Positions 10,364 to 21,528 of a stretch of DNA of 64,000 bases are shown here, piece by piece. The DNA lies in the IMG/VR virus record IMGVR_UViG_2906626472_000001, positions 32,001 through 96,000 of that record. One strand, given 5' to 3'. Source of the stretch: a virus (lineage: Duplodnaviria; Caudoviricetes). Positions within the stretch are counted from its first letter, which is position 1; each line of letters opens with the position of its first letter. The position numbers were made by a program, and so were the translations under genes. The notes under the pieces are model-generated. The model did not search any database. It had not been told where the DNA came from and saw only the letters and a program-made list of their open reading frames with translations.

Positions 10364-10602
10364 CAGATGTTCCTCAGTTTCTGGCGTTGTGTGGTGCTCA
10401 GCTGCAGCAGCAGCCCGGCCAGCTCGAAGCCCTCGGTGTCGCCGGTTTCGAGCGCATACTCGGCGGCGCAGGTGACGTGCTTGTTCCGGACGTTGCCGTC
10501 ATCGAGCACGAGATGAAGCGAGCCCCAGCTCGGGTTCGCGGCCTTGTAGGCACGGAACCTTTCGATCACAGCGGGCAGGGACAGGGTGTTGTTGGGTTGC
10601 AT
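10363..10602 (-). CDS. Phage hypothetical protein (GSLHLVLDDGN motif)
   Basis: GAGGAG RBS; coupled to the next ORF. Confidence 0.65.
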   Translation of the reverse strand: MQPNNTLSLPAVIERFRAYKAANPSWGSLHLVLDDGNVRNKHVTCAAEYALETGDTEGFELAGLLLQLSTTQRQKLRNI

Positions 10603-10778
10603 CTCGACTCCTCGCTTGCATTATAGGCTGCAAATTCTTGCATTCAAGCAAATACTATGACACACCAAAGCGCCGCCGAGATCAGGACAGCAGTCCCGAG
10701 GGTCTTGGCGCTGATGAACTCACTCGGCGGAGCTTGGAGCATTGGTGGTCACCCTTCTGATCGTGTTGGTGGAGAAGA

Positions 10779-10961
10779 TCAGGCAAAGCCTACGGCTTCG
10801 CCGGACTTCATGAGGATCGCGACGAAGCCGAGATCCCAGGAGCGATCGGGATTGCGCTGCCGCCTGCGCTTCACCCGGAAGGTGTCGGCGCGGTCTTCGT
10901 CGACGGCTTTCCTGGCAGCGCTCAGGGCGGACCGTTCGGAGATGTAGAGGTTGTCGTCCAT
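10779..10961 (-). CDS. Small hypothetical protein
   Basis: RBS GAGGAAG upstream of ATG. Confidence 0.55.
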   Translation of the reverse strand: MDDNLYISERSALSAARKAVDEDRADTFRVKRRRQRNPDRSWDLGFVAILMKSGEAVGFA

Positions 10962-10964
10962 GGC

Positions 10965-11366
10965 TCACTTCCTCTTCATGAACCCGACTTTGACCATCGT
11001 GGCCCCGTACTTCTTGCAGAAGTAGCGTTCGCCCTTCTTGATCTCGCCCATCAGTTCTTCGAGATCGGCGCGGACAAACCGGGTCACCTCGGGGATCAGC
11101 TTGGTGCGGTCGTACTCGATGCCGATGATCACGAAGATGGCGTTCATGGTCGCAGGGCCGTAGGTGTCGAAGTCGGCACCGACCTGGTCGGCCGCCTTCT
11201 GGGCGCTGCCGTCGATGAACTCGTACTGGTCACCGCACTTGTTGATGACCGTGTAGGAGATGGTGGCGAGAGCGATGAACTCCCGGTTGACATTCTCGGC
11301 CGCAGCCGGCGTGAATTGAGCAAGCACCAGCGTTACCGCCAGCGCTGCAAGAGCGCGCAGTTTCAT
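10965..11366 (-). CDS. Secreted/periplasmic hypothetical protein
   Basis: Signal peptide MKLRALAALAVTLVLAQFTPAAA; AAGGA RBS. Confidence 0.7.
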   Translation of the reverse strand: MKLRALAALAVTLVLAQFTPAAAENVNREFIALATISYTVINKCGDQYEFIDGSAQKAADQVGADFDTYGPATMNAIFVIIGIEYDRTKLIPEVTRFVRADLEELMGEIKKGERYFCKKYGATMVKVGFMKRK

Positions 11367-11558
11367 TTCATAGTCCTTCGATGTTGGGTTAGATTGGGTC
11401 GCGGTCGTCGTTCACGACCTTGATCTTAAAGTGCTGCGAGATGCGGCCAGTCCCCTGGCTCGCTTCGACGATGCCGTGGCTGGCACGGTCGATGGAGAAA
11501 CCCTTCTCGCGAAGGGCGTCCTGAACGATCTGTTGAATGTCGCGGGTGGAATAGAGCT

Positions 11559-11927
11559 TCACAGGTCATAGCTCCTTTCGCCTGCGATATCGCGGGCAAT
11601 GGCGACATGCAGCTCGTCGATCTCCGTCGAGCTGTAGGACTTGTTCATCCAGGCAATCGCCTCGCTGTGGGTCTTGGCTTCGAAGACGTCTTTCTCGCCC
11701 TGGTAGCCGGCGTTCTGGACCACCACGTAAACCGGAACTCGAGCCCGGGCGTCAGCAAACTTCAGCAGCACCTGGTCCAGGTTGTCACGCAGATTGCGAG
11801 CCTGGAGATAGCTCATGGTGTAATAGGCACCGCCGCCACGCGGCCCGATCAGCGCGAGGTTGATCCGATCTTCGTTGGTGTAGTCGAGCGTGATCGGCGA
11901 ATAGAAGCACGAGACATGTTCCCTCAT
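11559..11927 (-). CDS. Hypothetical protein
   Basis: Coupled ORF with phage-like codon use. Confidence 0.6.
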   Translation of the reverse strand: MREHVSCFYSPITLDYTNEDRINLALIGPRGGGAYYTMSYLQARNLRDNLDQVLLKFADARARVPVYVVVQNAGYQGEKDVFEAKTHSEAIAWMNKSYSSTEIDELHVAIARDIAGERSYDL

Positions 11928-12184
11928 GACCCGATCACCTCGTGCTCGCTGATCTCGACGCGGGGCATCGAGTTGAAGTGGTCGACGTACGCCACCTTGG
12001 CGTCTTCCAGCTCCTCTTCCCAGTTGTCGACCGTCACCTCGATCTTCTCATCGTCGATGAGGTCGTTGAGGATGATGTTGACCAGCGCGACGGCTTCAAG
12101 GTCGGCCAGGGTCTTGGAGGCGCAGACCTTGACGATGATGCCGGGCACGCTGTGGTGCTCGCCTTCAACTATCCAGACCTTCAT
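11924..12184 (-). CDS. Acidic hypothetical protein
   Basis: Coupled ORF; GGAGG RBS. Confidence 0.65.
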   Translation of the reverse strand: MKVWIVEGEHHSVPGIIVKVCASKTLADLEAVALVNIILNDLIDDEKIEVTVDNWEEELEDAKVAYVDHFNSMPRVEISEHEVIGS

Positions 12185-12440
12185 CGTCTTCCTCCTCGTC
12201 TTCGTCGTCCTCGGCCTCGACCGGCTGGAGTTGATCGAACGTCCACTCGGCGCCGTTCTCGTCCAGGAAGATCATCTTGCCGTCCTTGGTCGCCGTGACC
12301 TGGTCGTCATAGAAAATCTCGGTGCCGCCCTGGTAGACAGGCTCGCCGTTATCGTCGATGCCCATGATCTCGGCGCGGCCGGTCAGCTTCTCCAGCGTGC
12401 CCAGTATGGGCGAGCCGGTGGGTGAGACGTATTCCTTCAT
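12165..12440 (-). CDS. Acidic hypothetical protein
   Basis: MKEYVSPTG... from the ATG at 12440, overlapping the upstream stop. Confidence 0.65.
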   Translation of the reverse strand: MKEYVSPTGSPILGTLEKLTGRAEIMGIDDNGEPVYQGGTEIFYDDQVTATKDGKMIFLDENGAEWTFDQLQPVEAEDDEDEEEDDEGLDS

Positions 12441-13051
12441 CACGGAGTCTCCGGTTTGGTGATCTCTTTGTCGGTCGCGAGGTCGATGACGATGCCGAAC
12501 GTGCCCGCCTTGTGGCGAGCGTTGTAGCTGGTGTCGTCGATCAGGAACCATTTCTCGGCGCCGTCGCTCTGGCGGCGAGCCACTACGCCGACCTTGCCTT
12601 TCGGCACCCACTTCGCCCAATCGCCCCATGCAGATGCCAGGACGAATTTGGTAGCGTTCTCGTCTCGCCACCGTGCCTCATCCCTCGTGCGGGACTCGCC
12701 TGGCTTGAGCGTGACGCCGAAAAACTGCTCGTATTGGTCGGGGTACCAGCCGCGGAAGGAGTCGAGTGCATACTCGTACTCGGTCTTGTCGGGCCTGCCT
12801 TCGATCGTCACCACCCGCTGGAATGCTTCCTTGTGGACCATGGCGGCGATCGACCACTGGCAGTCTTCCTCGTACCATCCACCAGCCGAGCGCATGTATT
12901 CTGGGACGGCGGCATTGCGCTCGCGGGACAGCTTGATTCCGCCGTGGCCCGCGGTCGAAACCTGCCAGATGCCAGGCGCCAGCTCTCGCTTGTCCTGGAT
13001 GGCGCCCCAGGGCGACGACTTGGGGCATTCGCTTCGCTTGTACTCGCTCAT
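12440..13051 (-). CDS. DUF7007-like protein
   Basis: SPWG...STAGHGGIKLS...WYEEDC motifs. Confidence 0.65.
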   Translation of the reverse strand: MSEYKRSECPKSSPWGAIQDKRELAPGIWQVSTAGHGGIKLSRERNAAVPEYMRSAGGWYEEDCQWSIAAMVHKEAFQRVVTIEGRPDKTEYEYALDSFRGWYPDQYEQFFGVTLKPGESRTRDEARWRDENATKFVLASAWGDWAKWVPKGKVGVVARRQSDGAEKWFLIDDTSYNARHKAGTFGIVIDLATDKEITKPETP

Positions 13052-13320
13052 TCGATCACCAGAAGATGGGTTTCAAGGGACTCGTTGTGGGCTCCGAGCA
13101 CCTCCGCCCAGTCCTCGATCACGCCGACCAGCGCATCGACCAGATGCGTGGGGACGTAGACCGTGGCGGGGTAGGTCTCGACCGCCTCCATTGTCTCCAG
13201 CAGGAAGTCGATCGCCTCGAAGCGGACCTCGTGCGTCACGTCGTCAGGATGGTTTTCGAGCCACACAGCGAGGTCGGACAGCTCTTCCTCGTTGGCGGCG
13301 ACCAATCGGCCGGACCTCAT
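13048..13320 (-). CDS. Acidic hypothetical protein
   Basis: MRSGRLVAANEEE... coupled by ATGA overlap. Confidence 0.6.
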   Translation of the reverse strand: MRSGRLVAANEEELSDLAVWLENHPDDVTHEVRFEAIDFLLETMEAVETYPATVYVPTHLVDALVGVIEDWAEVLGAHNESLETHLLVIE

Positions 13321-13931
13321 TTCATCGGGCCGAAATCTAGGAGTTCCAGCTCTTCGCCGAGTGCCTTGACGAACTCGGCCGGCTTCTCCTTCGCCTCGAA
13401 GGCGCGCTGCACTTCGTCGGGGTGATCGCTGATCAGATCGGCGTAGCACCACTGCTCCTCCGCCTCATCGCGGCAGTCCTTGATGAACTGGTCGCGCTCG
13501 CGGGTTGAAGGCGGGTACTTGCTGACGAACGCTTTGCAGCGGGCGCGGGCAGCCTGATACAGGCTGCGGAGGTCTTCCGGACGAGCGACAACCGGATTGA
13601 CGTCTTCGCCGTCGCCGAAGTTGAGGCAGTAGATCATGAACTCCGGCACGAACTCGAAGTCCCAGCAGATCATGCCATCGCGATCGGCCTCGGGCATGAT
13701 GGCCCAGACGCTCTCGATGATCGGTGCCATCTGCCACGCAGCCCAGCGCATGCCGCGGGCGCCGTAGTCCTCGCAGTATTGCGCCATCTGCTGCTCGGCT
13801 TCCTTGTACGGATGGTCGTCGGGCAGCGTCGTGCCGACGATGAGCCGGGTGTCTTCGAGCACCGCGTAGGCAGCCATCGCGGTCTCGATGATGAGGTAGT
13901 TGGTCTTGATGATCTCAGGCGTCTTGCCCAT
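13317..13931 (-). CDS. Hypothetical protein (204 aa)
   Basis: AGGA RBS; strong codon bias. Confidence 0.7.
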   Translation of the reverse strand: MGKTPEIIKTNYLIIETAMAAYAVLEDTRLIVGTTLPDDHPYKEAEQQMAQYCEDYGARGMRWAAWQMAPIIESVWAIMPEADRDGMICWDFEFVPEFMIYCLNFGDGEDVNPVVARPEDLRSLYQAARARCKAFVSKYPPSTRERDQFIKDCRDEAEEQWCYADLISDHPDEVQRAFEAKEKPAEFVKALGEELELLDFGPMK

Positions 13932-14047
13932 GGTTCAGTTCCTGCTTGCTGTTGCGGCGAAAGCGGCGGCGCATCTTTGCGCTGACACGCGCCTTCGCCC
14001 GCTTCGATCGGTTGCTGCTGTAGGTTTCGGATGGGTAAACGTCCGCA

Positions 14048-17000
14048 TCATCCTGCTCCCTGCGCTTCGCGGACAATTCCGCGTAGCTCGAAGAAAATTT
14101 CATTGCGGGCCGGGTCATCCGGGCCGACGTTTTCGATGAACCACCATGCTAGGAAGAGCGCCCGCTCCTTGGCGAACGGGTTCGGTGTCATGGACGGCGC
14201 GAGATGGGTTTCGTCGTACAGGGCCGCAGCCTGCCGGAACTGGGCATGTGTTTTCTTCAGTGCCATCGGCTTTGCTCCGGCTTCGTTTCAGTCAGATCGG
14301 CATCGCTGATCCAGATGAAGCGGTAGACCTTGTCGTGATCGAACAGCGCTTCGGTCTTGCTCAGCAGCTCGACGTCGCGCCAATGCACGGCGTAGCTGTC
14401 TCCCCAGCCCGTGCGCTGCCGCTCAACCGGGGTCCCGCGCTTGACAGCCAGACGATGGATGTCCTGGTAGGTGATGATCAGGTCGCGGCTGACGTACTTC
14501 CATTGCGGCGGTACCTTGTTCATGGGCGTGCTCACTTGGCGTCTGAGCAGATCAGGTGCGCGGCCTTTTCGAGCGTCTTGGCGTCGACGTCCCAAGCCTT
14601 TGCGCTCGTGCCGTCCTGCCAGTTGTGGCGCAGGTGCTCGGCCTTCTCCGAGCAGATCAACGAAAGCCCGGTGACGACATGCGTAAGGCCGTGACGATCG
14701 ATCAGGCCTTCCAAGATGGCGGTGACGTTCTCCATGTCAGTCCTCCAGAGAGTCGAGATAGGCCTGACCAGCAGGCGTGAGGTACAGCTCGCCCAGGATG
14801 AAGACGGCGAAGCCGGCGAGCACAGCGCTCCAGACCGGGCCGAGGATGGCCAAGGCCTCATATGTGAGGGATTGCAGCGCGAGCATTGCATTTGCTTTCA
14901 AGCAAGGCTCAAGGCACACCTCGGGCGCGAAGTGGAAGAGGTTAGGCATTCAGCCCTGCGTATTTGCTCAGATCATCCCAGTCAGCGTCCCAGACGGGAC
15001 GCGGTGTGCTGCCAGGCTCGGTCACGGTGACGCGCTTCACACGGTCGTTAAAGCAGATGCGGTTGCGGTAGAAGTCCCGCGCCTCGCTGAACGATTTGAA
15101 CGGATGCCGGTCGGCCGAGCCGTTCGTGAAGCGAATGATTACGGTGTGCATGCCTCGTCACCTGTTGAATTGCACCAGCGGATTGGTTTGCCCGCCGCTG
15201 GTCGGGCTGTGCGTCCGGTCGCTCGCGGCTTCACCGGTCCAAAAAGTCGTCAGTCGTTCTGCAGCTGGTTGAAACGTGGGGGTCGCTTACTTCATGGCCG
15301 ATCTCCATCGTCGTTGCTCAAACTCGGCACCCTCGCCTTGCGCTTCTTGTTGGGCACAACGCGGGGCTTGTATTTCGGCGTCCGCAGATCACGAGCGATC
15401 GGCGAGCGCCTGACCGTCTTGCGTTTCTTCATGGTCTGCGGCTCGATGAATTGGGGATGGCCGGATAGCGCCGGCCTCGCCACTGCGTTTGGGTCGCAGC
15501 AACCAAATACGCTGCCCATTTCTCCGGGCTCGCGAACTTCACAGTCCTGTCATGGGTGGCCATCCTCGCCAGGCGCGGGCCAGGGCGCCGAAGCTAGGCC
15601 GTTTGATGAGTGGCCCTGCGGATTTCCCCTGCCTTCGTGTGCGGACCGCTTTACCGCACACCTTGGGGTCTCGTTGCCACCTTGCCGCGCCCGTTGCAGG
15701 CGGAGCATGGTGGTGATCCGTCGTTGTCGTAGTAGCCGGAGCCGTTACACGCGCTGCATTTCACCAGCTTCCAGCCCTTCACGTTTTGCTCGAAGTGCTG
15801 GCGTCGCAGCGCCTTGCGCTCGTGGTAGTCCATGCTCGATCTCCCAGCGATTGGTCCGCCAGTACAGATCGGACTCGGACCAGAGACGGTCGCTAACCCG
15901 CACGCGGGCCAGCATCTCTTCGTGCTCCCTGCTCATCGCTCCAGCTCCGCCAGCTCGACTTCGAGCGGGTGATAGTCCTCGAACCTGGTGTTGGCCCAGC
16001 CGCCGCGGGACAGGTCCGACAGGACGCGGATGATCGCCAGCCGGCGCCGCCTGCGCTGCTTTGCACTCATCACAGCCGCCAATGGTTCATGCGGGCGCGG
16101 ATGTCCTCGCGCTCGTTGCTGTTGGCCGGAAGCGGTGAGGGTCGCTCCGCTCCGGCAAACTCGGCGCCGGCAACGAACGCCGCACGCATGGCGCGGTGCT
16201 CGACCGTATCCAGGTTCCAGCGGCGGGCCGCCGCTTCCTCGGCCTCGGACAGGAGGATGCTCATGCTCGCCCCATCTCGCACCAGGGCAGATCGAGAGCG
16301 TGGACCATGTACGCCGAGGTGAAGGCGACGAAGGCGTCGAACTCCATGCAGCGCATGGCCTGCGCCCGGTTGACGACGTAGTGCCGGCCGCCGTCGTCCT
16401 TGAACTCGAAGGCGTCCATGCCGCTCTCGCAGAATGTCCGCGTCGTCCTGGCCGCCCGGTGCTGGCTCTCGATGATGGCCGGATCGCTCTGGAAGGGATC
16501 GGCCGGGTGGAATGGAAGTGACGTCAACATCAGCGCCTCCCGACGTGCAGGGTGGTGGTTTCAGGGGTGAGGATCGAGCGAATGCCGTTGACCAGCTCGG
16601 TGTCGTCGCAGCCGTTGGCGATCAGCTTCTCGGCATGGGCGTAGACTCGAGGGATCGAGGTCATGGGGATCAGGATGCCGGTCACGGCGCGCTGGATCCG
16701 AGCGGCGTCGGCCGCCTGCTGTTTCTTGGTGCGCTTCACGGCTCAAGCCTCGACGAAGGCCCAGCCGCGGGGGACGCGGGGAGCGGGCGGTTGGAGGCGA
16801 GCGAACACGGCGCGGTAGTTGCCGCCATCGTTCAGGACGTGGGCGGCTTCACGGGCGATGCGGAGCGAGCGCATGCAGACCTGTGCGACTGAGCCGTCCT
16901 TGGTGACGACGGTCAGGGTGGGTTGAGGACGTGGGACGAGTCTGGTCACGAACGTTGCTCCTTGAGCGGTGGGGAAGGCATTTGCACGAATGCTAAAGCA

Positions 17001-17311
17001 AATGCAAGAGCAAATTCGCCCTAACAAAGCCAAACTTTCATGCGAAAAGATGAGGGTCCGGAAGGCGCTCAGCGCCCGCCCGGAAATTCGAGAATATTTC
17101 CCGAATAAATGGGCCGCCGACGAATTTCGGACCGCCCCGGGGTATTTTCGAAGGCCGCCTCTAGGGCCTCGATCGTGGCTTGGATCACCTGGTCCTGGAC
17201 ACGGGGAGAGAGGACCACGGAGCCGGCTTCCATCAGGATCGCCGACTGGCTCGGGGTCCGATTGGTGCGGGTAGAGTACGCACAGAACAGAGCGCGCAGA
17301 CGCTCACGCAT
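14048..17311 (-). other. Run of more than a dozen small, tightly coupled leftward early genes (e.g. 14048-14266, 14257-14523, 14532-14735, 14737-14949, 14942-15151, 16070-16264, 16261-16530, 16530-16739, 16743-16950, 17069-17311)
   Basis: Consecutive 60-110 aa ORFs with overlapping stop/start codons, typical of phage host-takeover regions. Confidence 0.6.
15651..15833 (-). CDS. DnaJ-type zinc-finger small protein
   Basis: CSACNGSG...CSACNGRG (CxxCxGxG twice). Confidence 0.65.
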   Translation of the reverse strand: MDYHERKALRRQHFEQNVKGWKLVKCSACNGSGYYDNDGSPPCSACNGRGKVATRPQGVR

Positions 17312-17948
17312 TGGGTTCCTCCATGCGGTTCAGTTTCACGTTTCAGCTGGAAATCACGGGATATCGGGGCCGCCGCCATTCGCGGGCCGCCGGACCTCCA
17401 CCACCTCAAGCAAGAGGCACAGGAGGAGGAGCAGCAGGGACAGGAGACACAGCCAGTAGGGATGGCTCAGGGGAGGGTGCAGACACACGAGGAGTCCACA
17501 CCGGCCTGTTTCTGGCACTCACCAGCACGCAAACACACGGATTTCGAGCGTAGACACGTACGGGCCGTCGTCTCGAAACTTCGCTCGCCATAAAAGAGCG
17601 GATTAATTTTCACGTCGAAATGGGACAAACGGCCCCCTCGGACACAAGATATAGTGCCCGAGGGGGCCAAAATGATCACGAAAGCGGGGTCCAGACCCTG
17701 TTTTGGAGGGGTCACCTACCAGATCTTGTTATCTGGTCAGCTGCGCTATGTGCGCCTCCAGCCCTGAGGCTGCGACTTTGCCTGCCAGTGTCCAGCCGGC
17801 GTATGCAAATGCACACAGGAAGGCAAATGCGACGGGGACGGGGATGACGAGTGCGGAGAGTCTTCTCATGGGATTTCCTTTCAGGGGTTTTGGTCAGGGA
17901 CCGCCAGTGCGCCGGGACGTCGACGGGGCGCACGCCGCCAATTCGGGG

Positions 17949-18167
17949 TTAGCGAGCGCGGATCTGGAGCGCGGCATCGAGCGGAGGGGTGGCGCGCATC
18001 CGGGCGCCGGTCAGCACGGCGTCTTCCAGATCGTCGGTGTAGTAGGCGGAGGGCTCAGCCTTGGAGTAGGGCAGCTCGGCGAAGGCGACGCGGAACTCGC
18101 GGTCACGGCGAGTGAGGCGCATGCCGGACAAAGCGAGGCGCTGACGGGCTTCGGTGATGGTGAACAT
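17949..18167 (-). CDS. Small hypothetical protein
   Basis: AGGA RBS; MFTITEARQRL... Confidence 0.6.
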   Translation of the reverse strand: MFTITEARQRLALSGMRLTRRDREFRVAFAELPYSKAEPSAYYTDDLEDAVLTGARMRATPPLDAALQIRAR

Positions 18168-18224
18168 GGGACGGATTCCTGGCGTGTGGTGAATCGGTGT
18201 TGCGGGGATGGGGTGGAGGCGTGC

Positions 18225-18584
18225 TCAGCCGGCCATGATGCGGCCGACGATCGGCGAGTGGCCGGAGCGCAGGAGGCGATTGGGGCGCGGGTAGACGATG
18301 GGCGCGAACCACTCAGCCGGCTTCTTGCGGATGAGCGGGCGCACGGGTGGCGTGGCCTCGACCGGCTCATGTCCGAGCATGGTGCGGACCTGCCGCACGG
18401 TGGCTTTGGTGACGAGCGTACGCCCGGTGCGGACGCACACGAGGCGTGCGTTGGCTGGCGAGGTCTCGATCTGGCGGAGCGTGGCGCGGGACAGCACGAA
18501 CTCAAGGCGCTGGCCGGAGCTGTCGCGTGGGGTGACCCATGACCCGTCGTGTTGGGTCTGGAGGTAGCCGATGGGTGGTCTCAT
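18225..18584 (-). CDS. Hypothetical protein
   Basis: ORF downstream of a terminator-like hairpin. Confidence 0.5.
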   Translation of the reverse strand: MRPPIGYLQTQHDGSWVTPRDSSGQRLEFVLSRATLRQIETSPANARLVCVRTGRTLVTKATVRQVRTMLGHEPVEATPPVRPLIRKKPAEWFAPIVYPRPNRLLRSGHSPIVGRIMAG

Positions 18585-18602
18585 GGCGTGTGGTCCAAAT
18601 AG

Positions 18603-18637
18603 AAACCCCGCCCGGAGACGGACTCCGAGCGGGGGTT
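18603..18637 (-). terminator. Intrinsic terminator-like hairpin
   Basis: On the minus strand, AACCCCCGCTCGGAG-TCCGT-CTCCGGGCGGGGTTTCT just after the 18666 stop. Confidence 0.55.
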
Positions 18638-18665
18638 GAGGAGGGACGGCAGTGGTGGGGTGGGG

Positions 18666-19286
18666 TTACGCGGCCTGCGCAACCGGGGCGGACGCTGCCG
18701 GAGCGGTGGCGGGGGTTGCCTTGGCTTCCTTCGGAGCCTTGGCGCCGCGCGCAGCGGTGGCGTTCTGCTTCTGGCGCTCGACCGCGGTCTCGTCGCCTTC
18801 CGGGCGAATGGCGAGGAGCTTGGCGATCATGCTGGTATGGTCGCGGCCGGTCTCCTTGTGGTCGCGTTCCATCTTCTTGACGAGCGAGTCGATGGACTTG
18901 GCGATGTCCATGGGCACGTAGTCCGCCTCCGGCTTGAAGGCGTAGAACGGCTTGGCCATGGCGTCGCCCAGCTTGACCGGGTTGGCGCCATTGAACTTGA
19001 TGTCGCCACCTTCCGCGAACGTGACGGGACCGAAAAATTCGAACCACGCCTTGACGGCATTCTTGCGCGTCATGTCGGGCAGCGACGAAAGCAGTTCCGT
19101 CACGAGGCGGATGTCGGAATGCTTGCCGACATGGGCGAGCACGGAGCAGCAAGCGACATGGATGTCGCGTTGCAGGGTCGCACCTCGAGTCTTGATCGAA
19201 GCGAGCGCCTTCTTGATGGCGGTTTCGCCGTCAATGAGCTTGATGACGGACGGAGTAGCAGCCTTAACGGTCGTGGTCTTGGACAT
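18666..19286 (-). CDS. First gene of the leftward early block; phage hypothetical protein
   Basis: ATG at 19286 with AGGAG RBS (MSKTTTVKAATP...); Ala/Pro-rich tail. Confidence 0.75.
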   Translation of the reverse strand: MSKTTTVKAATPSVIKLIDGETAIKKALASIKTRGATLQRDIHVACCSVLAHVGKHSDIRLVTELLSSLPDMTRKNAVKAWFEFFGPVTFAEGGDIKFNGANPVKLGDAMAKPFYAFKPEADYVPMDIAKSIDSLVKKMERDHKETGRDHTSMIAKLLAIRPEGDETAVERQKQNATAARGAKAPKEAKATPATAPAASAPVAQAA

Positions 19287-19289
19287 AGT

Positions 19290-20930
19290 CGGACTCCTGA
19301 TTGACTTGGGGTTTAGATGGGGGTCACGCCCATCGGAAAACGCGAGCGTTAAGCAGCGCTTTGCGAGAGGCATGCAGACACACTCCGAGCGCAGACAGAG
19401 TCGGCGCCCGGAGCGGTTCGGTTTTGGGGAATTTCGAGAGTTGTTAGCCGGGGGAAAGGCTAGGCCTAGTTCCTCGCAAGTCCGGCCAAGCAAAAACCGC
19501 GGTTAGAATTTCGTCGCGGTCCGTCACTTGGCTAACCTTGAAAGGCTATTGAAAAGCTTCACTGTCCCGGCGGACCGTTGCGCCTCAAAGCATGCCATTG
19601 CGGATAGAGGCGGACTCAACGGTCCCGGTTGAACCACGCTACCAGAGGCCGCAGCATTGCGTTATGTCATGGAGTCGGACCGTGACGGCGCAACGTGTCC
19701 CGGATTATGTGCCGTTGTTTGGCTTTAGTCCCGGGCATTGGGCTTGCATTTGAGAGTCGCGCATTGTCCGATTACTAGCCGGGCAATGCGCCATTCCCGC
19801 AAACGTACAGGGTTGATAGCGTAATTTCCGATACTCTCATATGCCGGGTTACCTAACTTAATAGGCCTTCCCATGTGACAGGTCCGTCACTTGAGCGAGA
19901 GGCGTTGCCATGAACGCGGGAAACTTGCCGGACCATATCGCCACTTAAGGCCGCTACTGTGAAACCCGCTTAGAGCATGCTGGCAAGCCGCGCATATCTC
20001 TAGACCGTTTCACCTAACCAAGCCGCCAAGCTTGGCCGGTAACTTCCTTTCCCTCACAACCCGCGATCTAGTGGCACAATGCCAAGCCCGACTAAGGGGA
20101 CTCTAGATCGCCGATTGCTACCGGTAACCCTGTTAGGGTTAGGGCTTTCGGCCCTACTTGGAAGCGGTAGCTATGTCCCGAAAGTTTCTCGCCTAGCTTT
20201 GCTGCCGGTTCCTACCCGGGCAAGCCCGGGACCAAACCATATTGCAAACGCGGTGCAAGAAACCAAAAGCGAAAGGACTTTGAAGGTAAGTCCGAAGTCC
20301 GTTTCGTTTCGGTCCCGAAGCTTCATTGCTTCAGTGACAACAACGTAGCATCAAAAACATGGTTGGAAAGCGAAAAAAATATTCAATGAAATCAGCAAGT
20401 TAGAAGCCCGAAAATTGCATCTCTTGCATTCTCAGAGCAAAAATCGTGCAACAAAAATGCAAGCAAATCAAAGACTTAGCAGAGTGAAACGACGAGTCGG
20501 CAAGTCTGATTTGCATTCCCTTTGGAAAGTCCCCTGAAATGAATACGAAATGAGAACAAACCTTAGACTTTGGTCTAGTCTCTGATCATTTCGAGTATTC
20601 ATCCGGGCGAGAAAAAGATTTCAAAGTTTCGAAAAGAAGAGGATTTTTTTTATTGACATGGCCCCCTCGTGTGGCCGTCCGCTCCAAACTTCCCACGCCC
20701 AAAAGGCCATTTATCACAAGCGCTTGGACCCCACCCGCCCAAACGGCAGCCCCGTGCTACAGCTGCGGCCCGCCATGCGTTAAATCGCTCCCCGAGCTGG
20801 CTCAGTGCCCCCGATCTGGGAGGCCGCTCCTGGGGCTTCTCTGGCCGTTTGCATTCTAGGGGTGGCCTGCAAAAAGACCCCACCCCGTTTTGGGGCCCCA
20901 TCGGGGCGGCCCGCGTCCCAAAAGGCCGAT
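19290..20930. other. Long non-coding, hairpin-rich control region at the transcription divergence point
   Basis: No convincing ORF; lower GC; many inverted repeats; AT-rich promoter-like segment at 20350-20660. Confidence 0.6.
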
Positions 20931-21021
20931 TTCCGAGTGTAGCGAGGGCTTCGCCCTGATACATGAGACCGAACGCCCGCCGCCCATGGGTAGCGAGCGC
21001 TCCGCGCTGATAGGGAGAACC

Positions 21022-21216
21022 ATGGCCGGCCTCGGGCAACACGACACCATCATCGGCTACCGCGTCGACGAGCTGCGCCGGCTCCTCGCCCTGCGGGACG
21101 AGGTGATGCATGTGCTCAGGCCTGGCGCCGATCGGCCGCGCCGCATCGCGGAGTATCTGTCGCAGCGGCACCTCGCCAGGCGCTTCAAGAGCGTCGAGCC
21201 GGCCAACGATCCGTAG
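21022..21216 (+). CDS. Cassette gene 1, hypothetical (64 aa)
   Basis: GGAG RBS right after a repeat; TAG stop 2 nt before the next repeat. Confidence 0.6.
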   Translation: MAGLGQHDTIIGYRVDELRRLLALRDEVMHVLRPGADRPRRIAEYLSQRHLARRFKSVEPANDP

Positions 21217-21237
21217 CTGGGTGGCGAGCGCTCCGCG

Positions 21238-21450
21238 CTAACCGGAAGAGGTTGGTCCCGGCCGCGTGGCCCCGGGGAAGGGGACCACATCGCCGTCCGC
21301 TGCGCGTATCACCGCCTTGGCCATCCGCATCGGGTCGAACCCGAGATCTGCGACCGCGTCGGCTACGCCCTGGCGCTCCAGCTCGGCGACGATCGCCTCG
21401 CTCACCTTCATCAGCCTGGCCAGCTCGGCGGAGCTGTCGGTCATGATCAT
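21238..21450 (-). CDS. Cassette gene 2, hypothetical (70 aa)
   Basis: GAGG RBS; stop codon lies inside the repeat copy at 21219-21241. Confidence 0.6.
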   Translation of the reverse strand: MIMTDSSAELARLMKVSEAIVAELERQGVADAVADLGFDPMRMAKAVIRAADGDVVPFPGATRPGPTSSG

Positions 21451-21528
21451 GCCCTCGGTAAAGCCGAGACCATGGTATCACGCCGGCCGTGGGTAGCGAG
21501 CGCTCCGCGCTGATGGTATCGAGCCGGC

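Noticed and set aside
14777-16033. 418-aa plus-strand ORF
   Set aside because: Arg/Ser/Pro-rich shadow translation over several small minus-strand genes.
20124-20145. Telomere-like TTAGGGTTAGGG
   Set aside because: Only two units, and they form one arm of a local hairpin.
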